DNA of 60,980 nucleotides, the filler included. It is 7 parts of 7 records of this genome, joined end to end, with 100 filler letters (N's around TTAATTAATTAA, not from the genome) between each part and the next. Parts side by side here need not be neighbours in the genome. Positions count along the whole stretch, not along the records: positions 53,141 to 60,980 come from SRR2962707_4309; 6 more parts are not named here. One strand, written 5' to 3'. The notes below the pieces were generated by a model. That model was not told where the DNA came from and ran no database searches. It was given only the letters and a program-made list of their open reading frames with translations. The position numbers and the translations under genes are program-made. Within the stretch, counting starts at the first letter, position 1; the number at the start of each line of letters is the position of its first letter. This document shows, piece after piece, positions 53,041 through 60,980 of this stretch.

Positions 53041-53140
53041 NNNNNNNNNNNNNNNNNNNNNNNNNNNNNNNNNNNNNNNNNNNNTTAATTAATTAANNNN
53101 NNNNNNNNNNNNNNNNNNNNNNNNNNNNNNNNNNNNNNNN
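53041..53140. other. Artificial contig spacer
   Basis: N44-TTAATTAATTAA-N44. Confidence 0.99.
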
Positions 53141-53212
53141 GCTTGCCTGCAAGCGAATCTTTCCCTGAAATACAATTCGCTTGCAAGCAAGCTTTCCACA
53201 GTGGCTTCGTAG
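53141..53212. repeat. REP doublet (REPIN-like)
   Basis: GCTTGCCTGCAAGCGAAT (53141-53158), a 16-nt spacer, then an inverted copy at 53175-53212 matching 25176-25212. Confidence 0.85.
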
Positions 53213-53235
53213 GCCGGTATTCTTGTTGGCGCAAA

Positions 53236-55728
53236 TCACCCGGCGATGGAATAGAGGGTAAATGGCCGGGCCAGGGCGTACCGCTCCAGTACCTCGTCGC
53301 GCCAGTTCTTTGCTGTCAGACGGTCCAGCAGAGGAAGCTCCGCGTCGGCTTCTCCGGGGCGCTGATAAAACGCCTGATTCCAGCGTTGCTCAAAGGGGTA
53401 TCCGGAGGCGCTGTGTTCCCGCTCCACTTCCGCCCGCAGTGACCGTATCGTCCTTTGCCAGTCGTCGAGGGACGCCGCCGTCAAAAGCGCGCCAGCGTTT
53501 TCAAGAAAGCCAGACAGGGCCGCTTGCAGCACCCTCTGTCCGTGATCCGGTGACTGCACCAGTAGAAGCAGTCCGCAGCGGCCGTCCGCTTCCTCCTGAT
53601 AGCGGCAGTCCACCCAATAGCCCAGCTGCTGCCGTAATCGCAGCTGCTGATAGAAGGGGGCGGCCAGATGGCGTTGCAGCAATCGCCAGCACAGGCGGTC
53701 CAGTACGTGGCGATGCGGCGCCGGCAGATAAAGCAGACGGGCGTGATCGGGGTAGGCGCAGGGAACCGCCTGCTGCCCGGTGGGAATCGCCGTGGCGCGG
53801 GTGGTGTCCGTGGCGGTATCGGGGAAAAAGCGGGCGGTTATGGGAGACAGCCCCGTGGCCAGCCGTGTTTCCGGCCAGGTTCGTGGGTAAGCGCAGTACA
53901 ACGACGTAGGAGAGGAAAGGAGCCCCTGGTTTTCCCGTGTCACGCCATCAAGGCGATCCCGCAAAACCTGAAGCAGGCGGTGCGCCGGCGCTGCTGCGTC
54001 CCGTTGCCGGCACCAGATCCGATGCCGGTGTTCCGTCAGACGTTCCCAAGGGGCGTCCATAGGCGCGAACAGGGTTGCCAGTGTTGTCCGGATAGCGGTG
54101 TCATCGGCGGCAAGGTCCAGTATCAGCTTGGCGCCGCTTTGATGGACACGGACCTTGGGACCGGTGAAAGGCGCATGCTCCAGCAACAGGCGCCAACGCA
54201 GGCCCAGCCGTTCCACCGCTATTGTCTGATCACCGGGCCAGCGCCAACCGAGCCTGAGGGTGTCCTCGGTATCAACCGGGACGCGAGTGAGCGTCTTCAA
54301 GGACGGCGGGGCCGCGGTGGCCGTTGCCGATGGCGCCAGCAATGTCTGGAACGGATCGGTTGCCGCCGGCCGTTGCCGTGGAATGGCGCGGTAGGGCGTG
54401 CCGGTCCAGGGGGTGAAGCGAGTGAAGTCCCGGCCGTTGTCGTGGTCGATGACCATGGCGCCGGTGTCGCTCAGCCCCCGCAGAGTGTTATGCCAGGTGT
54501 GGTCATCGGGCGGGGCTGGGGGCGCAAGCAGGGTATCGGTGTCCGTCTCTGGCTCTCCGGCAACGCGGCGTGCCAGATAGCACAGGCGCGCCAGCGGGGC
54601 GTCCGGGGGCGCGGGAAAACCTTCCGGGTCCGGGGTGGCCAGCCGCGCCGTTGACGGCCATCGGGAGGGGACATAAGCCGCCATTCGTGACAGCCAATGC
54701 TCCAGCAGGGCGGCGGCCTCCTGGCCGCGCCCGGGTGCGTCCAGCTCAATCAGGCACTCTCCTTGGTTCAACCCTTGGTTCAGCCCCTGGTTCCGGCTGC
54801 GGCGCTGCCCGGTCACGGTGATCGTCGAGGCCATGCCGGTGGCGCGCAGGCCGCCCAGCGCGCCGTGATGGCCGGGTTCCCGCAACCAGTGGCGCAACCA
54901 GGGCCAGACCCGCTCGTCCTCGGGTAGCGGAAACAGCAGTGTGCAGCTGGTATCGGACCGCGGGGCCCGCCAGAGCCAGTCCTGTTGCTGGATGTCGCTG
55001 GGGAATGCCGTGGGCAGAGGTGGCCGGGATGGGATCGGGCCGCTGGGCAGCCGTGAAAGCGTTTCCGCCAGTACGCCATCCACGTTGTCCGGTAGCGCGC
55101 CCTGCAGAACCAGTGTCATGTTGCCGGCGCGGAACCAGCAAGCGTGAAAGGCCCGGACCTCCCCGGTCAGGGAAGCCAGGGGGGCGCTCAGGCTGTGGGC
55201 GTTGCCGGCGGTGAAGCGGGCCAGCGGATGTGACGGCCGCGCCAGCCGAGCCAACAGCGCCTGACGATGCAGGCGCGGATCCGCCAGCCGGGTTCGAAAC
55301 TCGGCATCCAGAATCCGTCGTTCCCGCGCCACCGATTCCTCGGTCAGCAAGGGCCGGCTCAGCATGTCGATCAGATGGGCCAGGCAGGGGGCCAGCCCTT
55401 CCGCGTCCACGGTGAAGAAGAACGCCGTGGTGTCGTCCAGGGTGCTGGCGTTGTAGTGGCCATTCCAGCCCTGGATGCGGCGGGCGAAGTGATGAACGCC
55501 GGGATAACGCTCACTGCCGGTGAACAGAACATGCTCGAGCAAATGTGCCAGCCCGGGGCGGGTTTCGGGTTCATCGTGACTGCCCACGCCGATTTGCAGC
55601 ACGGCTGTCACCCGCGACCCTGGCTCCGGCAGCAGCAGGGTGCGCAGGCCGCTCTCGTGATGATAGAGGCGCGCCCGGGAGTGAGACTGTGGCAACCGTC
55701 GCGGGTCGTGGACAGTGAATGCGGTCAT
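53236..55728 (-). CDS. pqqF: M16-family peptidase
   Basis: GLAHLLEHVLFTGS (HxxEH), NAST and FYQQLRLRQQLGY; start overlaps the upstream stop (ATGA). Confidence 0.85.
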   Translation of the reverse strand: MTAFTVHDPRRLPQSHSRARLYHHESGLRTLLLPEPGSRVTAVLQIGVGSHDEPETRPGLAHLLEHVLFTGSERYPGVHHFARRIQGWNGHYNASTLDDTTAFFFTVDAEGLAPCLAHLIDMLSRPLLTEESVARERRILDAEFRTRLADPRLHRQALLARLARPSHPLARFTAGNAHSLSAPLASLTGEVRAFHACWFRAGNMTLVLQGALPDNVDGVLAETLSRLPSGPIPSRPPLPTAFPSDIQQQDWLWRAPRSDTSCTLLFPLPEDERVWPWLRHWLREPGHHGALGGLRATGMASTITVTGQRRSRNQGLNQGLNQGECLIELDAPGRGQEAAALLEHWLSRMAAYVPSRWPSTARLATPDPEGFPAPPDAPLARLCYLARRVAGEPETDTDTLLAPPAPPDDHTWHNTLRGLSDTGAMVIDHDNGRDFTRFTPWTGTPYRAIPRQRPAATDPFQTLLAPSATATAAPPSLKTLTRVPVDTEDTLRLGWRWPGDQTIAVERLGLRWRLLLEHAPFTGPKVRVHQSGAKLILDLAADDTAIRTTLATLFAPMDAPWERLTEHRHRIWCRQRDAAAPAHRLLQVLRDRLDGVTRENQGLLSSPTSLYCAYPRTWPETRLATGLSPITARFFPDTATDTTRATAIPTGQQAVPCAYPDHARLLYLPAPHRHVLDRLCWRLLQRHLAAPFYQQLRLRQQLGYWVDCRYQEEADGRCGLLLLVQSPDHGQRVLQAALSGFLENAGALLTAASLDDWQRTIRSLRAEVEREHSASGYPFEQRWNQAFYQRPGEADAELPLLDRLTAKNWRDEVLERYALARPFTLYSIAG

Positions 55729-57611
55729 TGGCCGGACTCCTGGCCAATGGGGGCATGGCGTCGGTAGAAGGCCAGTTCCCGTTCCAGCACCAGTGCCCGG
55801 TTGCGCGGCAAGCGAAAGCCATGCTGCTCTTCGGCGAAGCGCACGCACTCCACCGGCACGCCGTTGGCGTGCAACGCCGCCACCATGGCTTCGGTTTGTT
55901 CGGGTAGCACGACGGCGTCGCGCAGGCCCTGGAAAAACAGGGTCGGAGTGCGCAGGCGCGCGGCGTTGGCCAACGGTGAGCGGGCCTGATAACGGTCCGC
56001 GTCCCGCTCGGGATCGCCGATCAGCCAGTCGATGTAGTCCGCTTCGAATTTGTGCGTTTGCCGGCGCAACCGGAGCGGATCGCTGACGCCGTACAAGCTG
56101 GCGGCGGCGCGGAATGTGGCCGGCGCGCGGGCCAGGGTGTTGAGCACGGTGAAGCCGCCGGCGCTTTGTCCTCGCAGGAACAGCCGGCGCGGATCCGCCA
56201 GCCGTTCCCTTATCAGTGTCTGCACCGCGTACAGCACATCGTCCACGTCGCTGACGCCCCACTGTCCCGCCAGGGACTGACGATACGCACGGCCGAAGCC
56301 GACGCTGCCCCGGTAATTCAGGTCCAGCACGGCGAATCCGCGCTGAGTCCAGAACTGTATTGCCGGATTGAACAGCGGAAAACTGGCCGAAGTCGGGCCA
56401 CCGTGAACCGTCACCAACAGGGGCGGCGGCGTACAGTCGCCGGGGCAGGGCGGGTAGTAAAAGCCGTGGCGGTGAGTGTCGTCGGCGCTGGTGAACGTCA
56501 GCGTTTGAGGTTCCGATACCGCGTCCGCTTCCAGAGGCAGGGGCGCGGCATCGAGTATGGAGAGATTGCCGCCTTCCTTTGCGCTCAGATGTAATAACGT
56601 GGTGCCCCGGCGTGGCCCGGCGGCGAGACAGAACACGCCCAGGGGGCCGGCGCTGATGGCAAGAAAATGCTGATAGTCCGAAGGCATCGCCGCCGGCGGG
56701 ACGGTGTCTCCCTCAACGCTCAAATGGCCCCGGCCGTCCCGCCACCAGGCCACCACCGGGCTGCCGTCCGGCAGGGTATCGTAGTGGCGGGAGCCGAGCA
56801 GCCAGGGACTGGGGGTGTGATCCGCTTCCCTGCCGGGCAGACATTGCCACTGTCCATGCCCGAACCGCCATGGGCGCCAGTGTCCGCTGCCGTCGAACAG
56901 GCAGAGCAACCGCCCTTGCCGGTCGAAACGGGGTTGTTGCGCCGAATGCTCCGGTTTGTCGAGGCCGGGCAGGGCCGTGCCGGGCAGGCCGTGGTCAGTC
57001 AGTTTCACGTGGCGCAGGCGGCTGGCCGTCCAGGGCTGATGGGGGCGATCCCATTCCACCCAGGCCAACTGTTGGCCGTCGTCGCTGATGGCGGGTGACG
57101 CATAAAAATCGGCGCCCTCGCTCAGCACCCGCAGGGTGCGGTCGCGCCCCACCGCCACCAGCCGGTGCCGTGTTTGCTGGTTCTCCGGCCGCTCTTCCAC
57201 GGCGATAATCCGGTCGCGTTGATGGTCGTAGGCCAGTCCGCCGTAACGGCGATCCGGGTGATCGGTGAGCGGATGGCATCGCGGTTGCGAAAACCCCTGC
57301 CAATAAAGCTGCTGGTCGTCCTCGTTGACGAAGGCCAGACCGTCCGTGCCCAGACACAGAGCACTGCCACCATACTCGTAGACCCGAGAGCGCACGCTGA
57401 ACCCGTCCGGCGTCAGGGTGCGGCGGCCCGCCGCCGTCCATTCCTGCACCCGAAAGCGCCCGTCGCGGGGATCGCTCCGGGTCCAGATCACCCGTTGCGC
57501 GTTGCTGTGCAACTCGCCGAACTCCACCGTGGACGCCACCGCCTGGCGGGCGCTCAGTGGCGATAATCGGGCCGGATCAGCCCCGGTAGATGAGCCGGGC
57601 ATTGCGTTCAT
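55725..57611 (-). CDS. S9-family peptidase (pqq-associated, PqqG/PqqH-like)
   Basis: [25 protein letters not shown] and EQHGF motifs. Confidence 0.9.
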   Translation of the reverse strand: MNAMPGSSTGADPARLSPLSARQAVASTVEFGELHSNAQRVIWTRSDPRDGRFRVQEWTAAGRRTLTPDGFSVRSRVYEYGGSALCLGTDGLAFVNEDDQQLYWQGFSQPRCHPLTDHPDRRYGGLAYDHQRDRIIAVEERPENQQTRHRLVAVGRDRTLRVLSEGADFYASPAISDDGQQLAWVEWDRPHQPWTASRLRHVKLTDHGLPGTALPGLDKPEHSAQQPRFDRQGRLLCLFDGSGHWRPWRFGHGQWQCLPGREADHTPSPWLLGSRHYDTLPDGSPVVAWWRDGRGHLSVEGDTVPPAAMPSDYQHFLAISAGPLGVFCLAAGPRRGTTLLHLSAKEGGNLSILDAAPLPLEADAVSEPQTLTFTSADDTHRHGFYYPPCPGDCTPPPLLVTVHGGPTSASFPLFNPAIQFWTQRGFAVLDLNYRGSVGFGRAYRQSLAGQWGVSDVDDVLYAVQTLIRERLADPRRLFLRGQSAGGFTVLNTLARAPATFRAAASLYGVSDPLRLRRQTHKFEADYIDWLIGDPERDADRYQARSPLANAARLRTPTLFFQGLRDAVVLPEQTEAMVAALHANGVPVECVRFAEEQHGFRLPRNRALVLERELAFYRRHAPIGQESGQ

Positions 57612-58725
57612 TACGGTAGGTCAGTGGCGGCACCTGATCCAGAGGTGTGCCGGCCTGTTCCCGCGCCGCCACGATGGTGTGGTGATGCGGCGACTTGGCG
57701 CACACCGGATCGGCGTTGGCGGCATCGCCGGTGAGCATGTAGGCCTGGCAGCGGCAGCCGCCGAAGTCCTCGTGCTTCTCGTCGCAGGAGCGGCAGGGTT
57801 CGGGCATCCAGGCGTCGCCGCGGAAATGATTGAAGCCGGGAGAACGATGCCAGATGGTCTCGATGGTGTGGTCTCTGACGTTGGGGAAGTCGATCGGCAA
57901 TTGCCGGGCACTGTGGCAGGGCAGCGCGGTGCCGTCCGGGGTGATGGTCAGGAACATACTGCCCCAGCCGTTCATGCAGGGTTTCGGGCGCTCTTCATAG
58001 TAGTCCGGTACCACGAAGATCAACTGGCAGGGATTGGTGGCCTCTTCCAGGCGGCGCCGATAGTCCGCCACCGTTTGTTCCGCTTGTTGCAACTGCGCCC
58101 GCGAAGGCATCAGGCCTTGCCGGTTCAAGTGGGCCCAGCCGTAGTACTGGCAGGTGGCCAGCTCCACATAGTCGGCCTCCAGGTCCAGACACAGTTGGAT
58201 AATATCGCCGATACGGTCGATGTTGTGCCGGTGAATGACGATATTGAGCACCATGGGGAAATCGTGCGCCTTCACCGCCCGGGCCATTTCCAACTTATGC
58301 TGGAACGCCTTGCGGGAGCCGGCCATCAATTGATTACCGGCCTCTTCGGCATCCTGGAAACTGATTTGAATGTGGTCCAGGCCGGCGTCCGCCAGGGCGC
58401 GGACCTTGTCCCGGTTCAGCCCCATGCCGGAGGTGATCAGGTTACTGTAATAACCCAGTTCGCGGGCACCGGAGACCAACTCGACCAGGTCCGGCCGGGT
58501 CAGCGGTTCGCCGCCGGACAGTCCCAATTGAGCCGCCCCCATGGCCCGTGCCTGGGCGAACACGTCCAGCCATTGCCCGGTGTCCAGCTCCTGGCCCTGG
58601 TCGGCGAAATCCACCGGGTTGGAGCAATAGGGGCATTGCAGCGGGCAACGGTAGGTCAGCTCCGCCAACAGCCATAACGGTGGTCCCGGGCGGATCTCAG
58701 CGTTCGGTGAGCCAGTGGTTGCCAT
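57577..58725 (-). CDS. pqqE: PQQ biosynthesis radical SAM/SPASM enzyme
   Basis: [27 protein letters not shown] and GGCRCQA motifs. Confidence 0.98.
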   Translation of the reverse strand: MATTGSPNAEIRPGPPLWLLAELTYRCPLQCPYCSNPVDFADQGQELDTGQWLDVFAQARAMGAAQLGLSGGEPLTRPDLVELVSGARELGYYSNLITSGMGLNRDKVRALADAGLDHIQISFQDAEEAGNQLMAGSRKAFQHKLEMARAVKAHDFPMVLNIVIHRHNIDRIGDIIQLCLDLEADYVELATCQYYGWAHLNRQGLMPSRAQLQQAEQTVADYRRRLEEATNPCQLIFVVPDYYEERPKPCMNGWGSMFLTITPDGTALPCHSARQLPIDFPNVRDHTIETIWHRSPGFNHFRGDAWMPEPCRSCDEKHEDFGGCRCQAYMLTGDAANADPVCAKSPHHHTIVAAREQAGTPLDQVPPLTYRNERNARLIYRG

Positions 58726-58975
58726 GGGCGGCCTCGAGAAAATCCAGCACGTCCGCTTCCAGATCCGGTACCTCCGGGAAGCGCTGATGCAGAGTAGCGA
58801 CAATGTCCGCGACGCTGCGCTCGCCGTTCACCAGCGTGAGGATCTGGGCGGCACTGTCATTCAGTTTCACCATGCCTTCCGGATACAGCAGCACATGGGC
58901 CTGCTGCGCCGGTTCCCATTGCAGACGGAAGCCCCGGCGCAACAGCGGAATGGCGTCGTGATGTGGTGCGCTCAT
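58697..58975 (-). CDS. pqqD: PqqA peptide chaperone
   Basis: [23 protein letters not shown]. Confidence 0.97.
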   Translation of the reverse strand: MSAPHHDAIPLLRRGFRLQWEPAQQAHVLLYPEGMVKLNDSAAQILTLVNGERSVADIVATLHQRFPEVPDLEADVLDFLEAAHGNHWLTER

Positions 58976-59736
58976 TGCTGCAACCCCCGGTGCCAGACGC
59001 CTTTATCGGTGACGGTATGGTAGGGCGGCCGTTCCAGTTCGTAGGCCATGCTCATGGCGTCGAGCATGGTCCACAGAATATCCAGCTTGAACTGCAGAAT
59101 ATCCAACGCCCGCCGTTGGGCCTCGCGGGTAGTGAAATGATCCAGCGTAATGCGCAGACCATGTTCCACGTCCCGCCGTGCCTCGCCCATGCGGTTGCGG
59201 AAGTAGTGATATCCCTCCTCGCCAATCCACGGATAGTGCCGGGGCCAGCTGTCCAGCCGCGACTGGTGAATCTGTGGCGCGAACAGCTCGGTCAGGGACG
59301 AACACGCCGCCTCCTGCCAACTGGCGGCGCGGGCGAACTGCACGTAGGCGTCCACCGCGAAGCGCACCCCGGGCAGCACATGTTCCTGGGAGCGGATTTC
59401 ATCCGCGCTCAGGCCCACCGCCTCGCCCAGGCGGATCCAGGCTTCGATGCCGCCTTCGCCGCCGGCGGCGCCATCGTGGTCATGAATACGCTGCACCCAT
59501 TCGCGGCGGACATCCCGGTCCCGGCAGTTGGCGAGGATGGCGGCGTCCTTCACCGGAATATTCACCTGATAGTAATAGCGGTTCGCCACCCAGCCCTGAA
59601 TCTGGCGGCGGCTGGCGCGGCCTTCGTACATGGCCAGGTGATAGGGGTGATGAATGTGGTAGTAGCGGCCCTTGTCGCGCAGCGCCTGTTCGAACTCGGC
59701 GCGGCTCAGGGGCAGGGCGGGGGCCTGCTCGCTCAT
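58972..59736 (-). CDS. pqqC: Pyrroloquinoline-quinone synthase
   Basis: [21 protein letters not shown] and SLTELFAP motifs. Confidence 0.98.
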   Translation of the reverse strand: MSEQAPALPLSRAEFEQALRDKGRYYHIHHPYHLAMYEGRASRRQIQGWVANRYYYQVNIPVKDAAILANCRDRDVRREWVQRIHDHDGAAGGEGGIEAWIRLGEAVGLSADEIRSQEHVLPGVRFAVDAYVQFARAASWQEAACSSLTELFAPQIHQSRLDSWPRHYPWIGEEGYHYFRNRMGEARRDVEHGLRITLDHFTTREAQRRALDILQFKLDILWTMLDAMSMAYELERPPYHTVTDKGVWHRGLQQ

Positions 59737-60644
59737 AATCGGATTGCCATTCCATCGTAGGCCACCTCGACCCCCTGGCTTTCCACCCGGGCGCGCTCCT
59801 CGGAGCCGTGGTCGAGGATCGGATTGGTGTTATTGATATGGATGAGTATCCGGCGTTGGGGTTCCGGCAGACTGGCCAGCAGCTCCAGCATGCCGCCCGG
59901 GCCGCTCTGCGGCAGATGGCCCATTTCGCTGGCTGGTTTGGTGCCGACGCCGGCGTGGCGCATTTCGTCCTCGCGCCAGAAAGTGCCGTCCACCAACAGG
60001 CAATCGGCGCTGGCCATCAGGCCGCGCAAATCGGCGTCCACCTGGCCCAGGCCGGGCGCGTAGAACAGGCGCTTGCCGTTGGCATCCTCCACCAGCAGAC
60101 CGATGTTGTCGCCGGGATGGGGATCATTACGGTGCGGAGAATAGGGTGGCGCCGCGCTGCGCAGCGGGATTGGCGTGAGGCTCAGTCCCGGACAACAGGG
60201 GATGCGGAACTCACCGGCCAACGGAATCGGGTTCCAGCGCAGCCCGCCGTTCCAGTGGTCGAGGATGCGGAACAGCGGAAAGCCGGTGCACAGATCCTGA
60301 TGGACCATCTCGGTACACCACACCTCATGGGGGCAGCCCTCGCGCAACATCAGCAGGCCGGTGGTGTGATCGATCTGGCTGTCCATCAGCACGATGGCGC
60401 CAATGGCGGTACCGCGTTTGCCGTCCGTCCGGCGCAGTTCCGGCGTGCTTTCCAGTTGGGCGCGGATGTCCGGTGAGGTATTACACAGAATCCAGTGCTC
60501 GCCATCGTCGGACAGCGCGATGGAGGACTGGGTGCGGGGCACCGCGTCGATGGTGCCCTGGCGCAGCCCGGCGCAATTGGCGCACTGGCAGTTCCACTGG
60601 GGAAAGCCGCCGCCGGCCGCCGAGCCGAGAACTCGGATATACAT
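59733..60644 (-). CDS. pqqB: PQQ biosynthesis protein B
   Basis: [19 protein letters not shown] and HINNTNP motifs. Confidence 0.98.
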   Translation of the reverse strand: MYIRVLGSAAGGGFPQWNCQCANCAGLRQGTIDAVPRTQSSIALSDDGEHWILCNTSPDIRAQLESTPELRRTDGKRGTAIGAIVLMDSQIDHTTGLLMLREGCPHEVWCTEMVHQDLCTGFPLFRILDHWNGGLRWNPIPLAGEFRIPCCPGLSLTPIPLRSAAPPYSPHRNDPHPGDNIGLLVEDANGKRLFYAPGLGQVDADLRGLMASADCLLVDGTFWREDEMRHAGVGTKPASEMGHLPQSGPGGMLELLASLPEPQRRILIHINNTNPILDHGSEERARVESQGVEVAYDGMAIRL

Positions 60645-60661
60645 AGGCGTCAGAGCCTGGT

Positions 60662-60692
60662 CCCGCGGATCCCGCCAGCGCGGGCCCGCGGG
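60662..60692 (-). terminator. GC-rich hairpin between pqqA and pqqB
   Basis: CCCGCGG-AT-CCCGC...GCGGG-CCCGCGGG stem-loop, no U-tract; probably a transcript stabiliser or partial terminator. Confidence 0.55.
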
Positions 60693-60700
60693 CACCAGCG

Positions 60701-60772
60701 TCAGCGATTGGAAATGTACATGGTGACTTCAAAGCCGATGCGCATGTCCACATAGCTGGGTTTGGTCCACAT
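60701..60772 (-). CDS. pqqA: PQQ precursor peptide (23 aa, absent from the ORF track)
   Basis: [23 protein letters not shown] with ExxxY core; GAGGAG SD. Confidence 0.98.
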   Translation of the reverse strand: MWTKPSYVDMRIGFEVTMYISNR

Positions 60773-60962
60773 AGCGAGCTCCTCGATTGTTATTCGTGTC
60801 AGAGATTGGCCGTGATCGGCCGATTCATTTGAGCACTGCCCGGGGAATCGGATCACTGCTACTTTAGTACTGAATGTGCCGGTCCATAGGTCCCGACTCG
60901 GCGGTGATTACATTTTCAAGAGCCAGCCTTACCTGGCGAATCCTGGCCTCCGGTGTTGGCAC

Positions 60963-60980
60963 ATTCGCTTGCAGGCAAGC
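60963..60980 (-). repeat. REP sequence at window end
   Basis: ATTCGCTTGCAGGCAAGC is the reverse complement of the REP core. Confidence 0.8.

Noticed and set aside
55729-56262. 178-aa N-terminal extension of PqqF (1008-aa ORF)
   Set aside because: It overlaps the S9 peptidase in another frame; the ATGA-coupled start at 55728 is more plausible.

Overview
This window is not one locus. It is seven unrelated contigs joined by artificial 100-nt spacers (44 N + TTAATTAATTAA + 44 N), so gene context must not be read across spacers. (1) 1-9008, alphaproteobacterial-looking: alginate-export-family porin, thiolase, a FixJ/NodW-type two-component set, alpha/beta hydrolases (one broken by a nonsense codon), a YcaC remnant and the start of a type I hsdM. 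(2) 9109-18020, gammaproteobacterial core operon gyrA-serC-pheA-hisC-tyrA/aroA-cmk-rpsA'. (3) 18121-25212: rhodanese/MarR/fdhD, a signal-peptide ATP-dependent DNA ligase, an epimerase, rsmC and slt. (4) 25313-34222: ybaK, LpoP-like lipoprotein, mrcB, PfkB kinase, Rieske protein, srkA, sfsA, aminotransferase and a DksA with a ~220-aa histone-H1-like N-terminus. (5) 34323-44562, an intron-containing eukaryotic contig: a large multi-exon gene and a spliced nucleotide-sugar-transporter/ricin-B-lectin fusion. (6) 44663-53040, alphaproteobacterial DHPS catabolism (hpsN-usp-hpsO-hpsP), plus an SDR, an FMO, two aldo-keto reductases and urtA'. (7) 53141-60980: pqqABCDE, an S9 peptidase and pqqF. Contigs 3, 4 and 7 end in the same REP and probably come from one genome (Alcanivorax-like; inferred). 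The best novelty candidates are the transporter-lectin fusion (visible only after splicing), the H1-like DksA, a highly structured serC-pheA intergenic element and two recurring operator motifs. All calls come from motif reading by eye; no database search was run.
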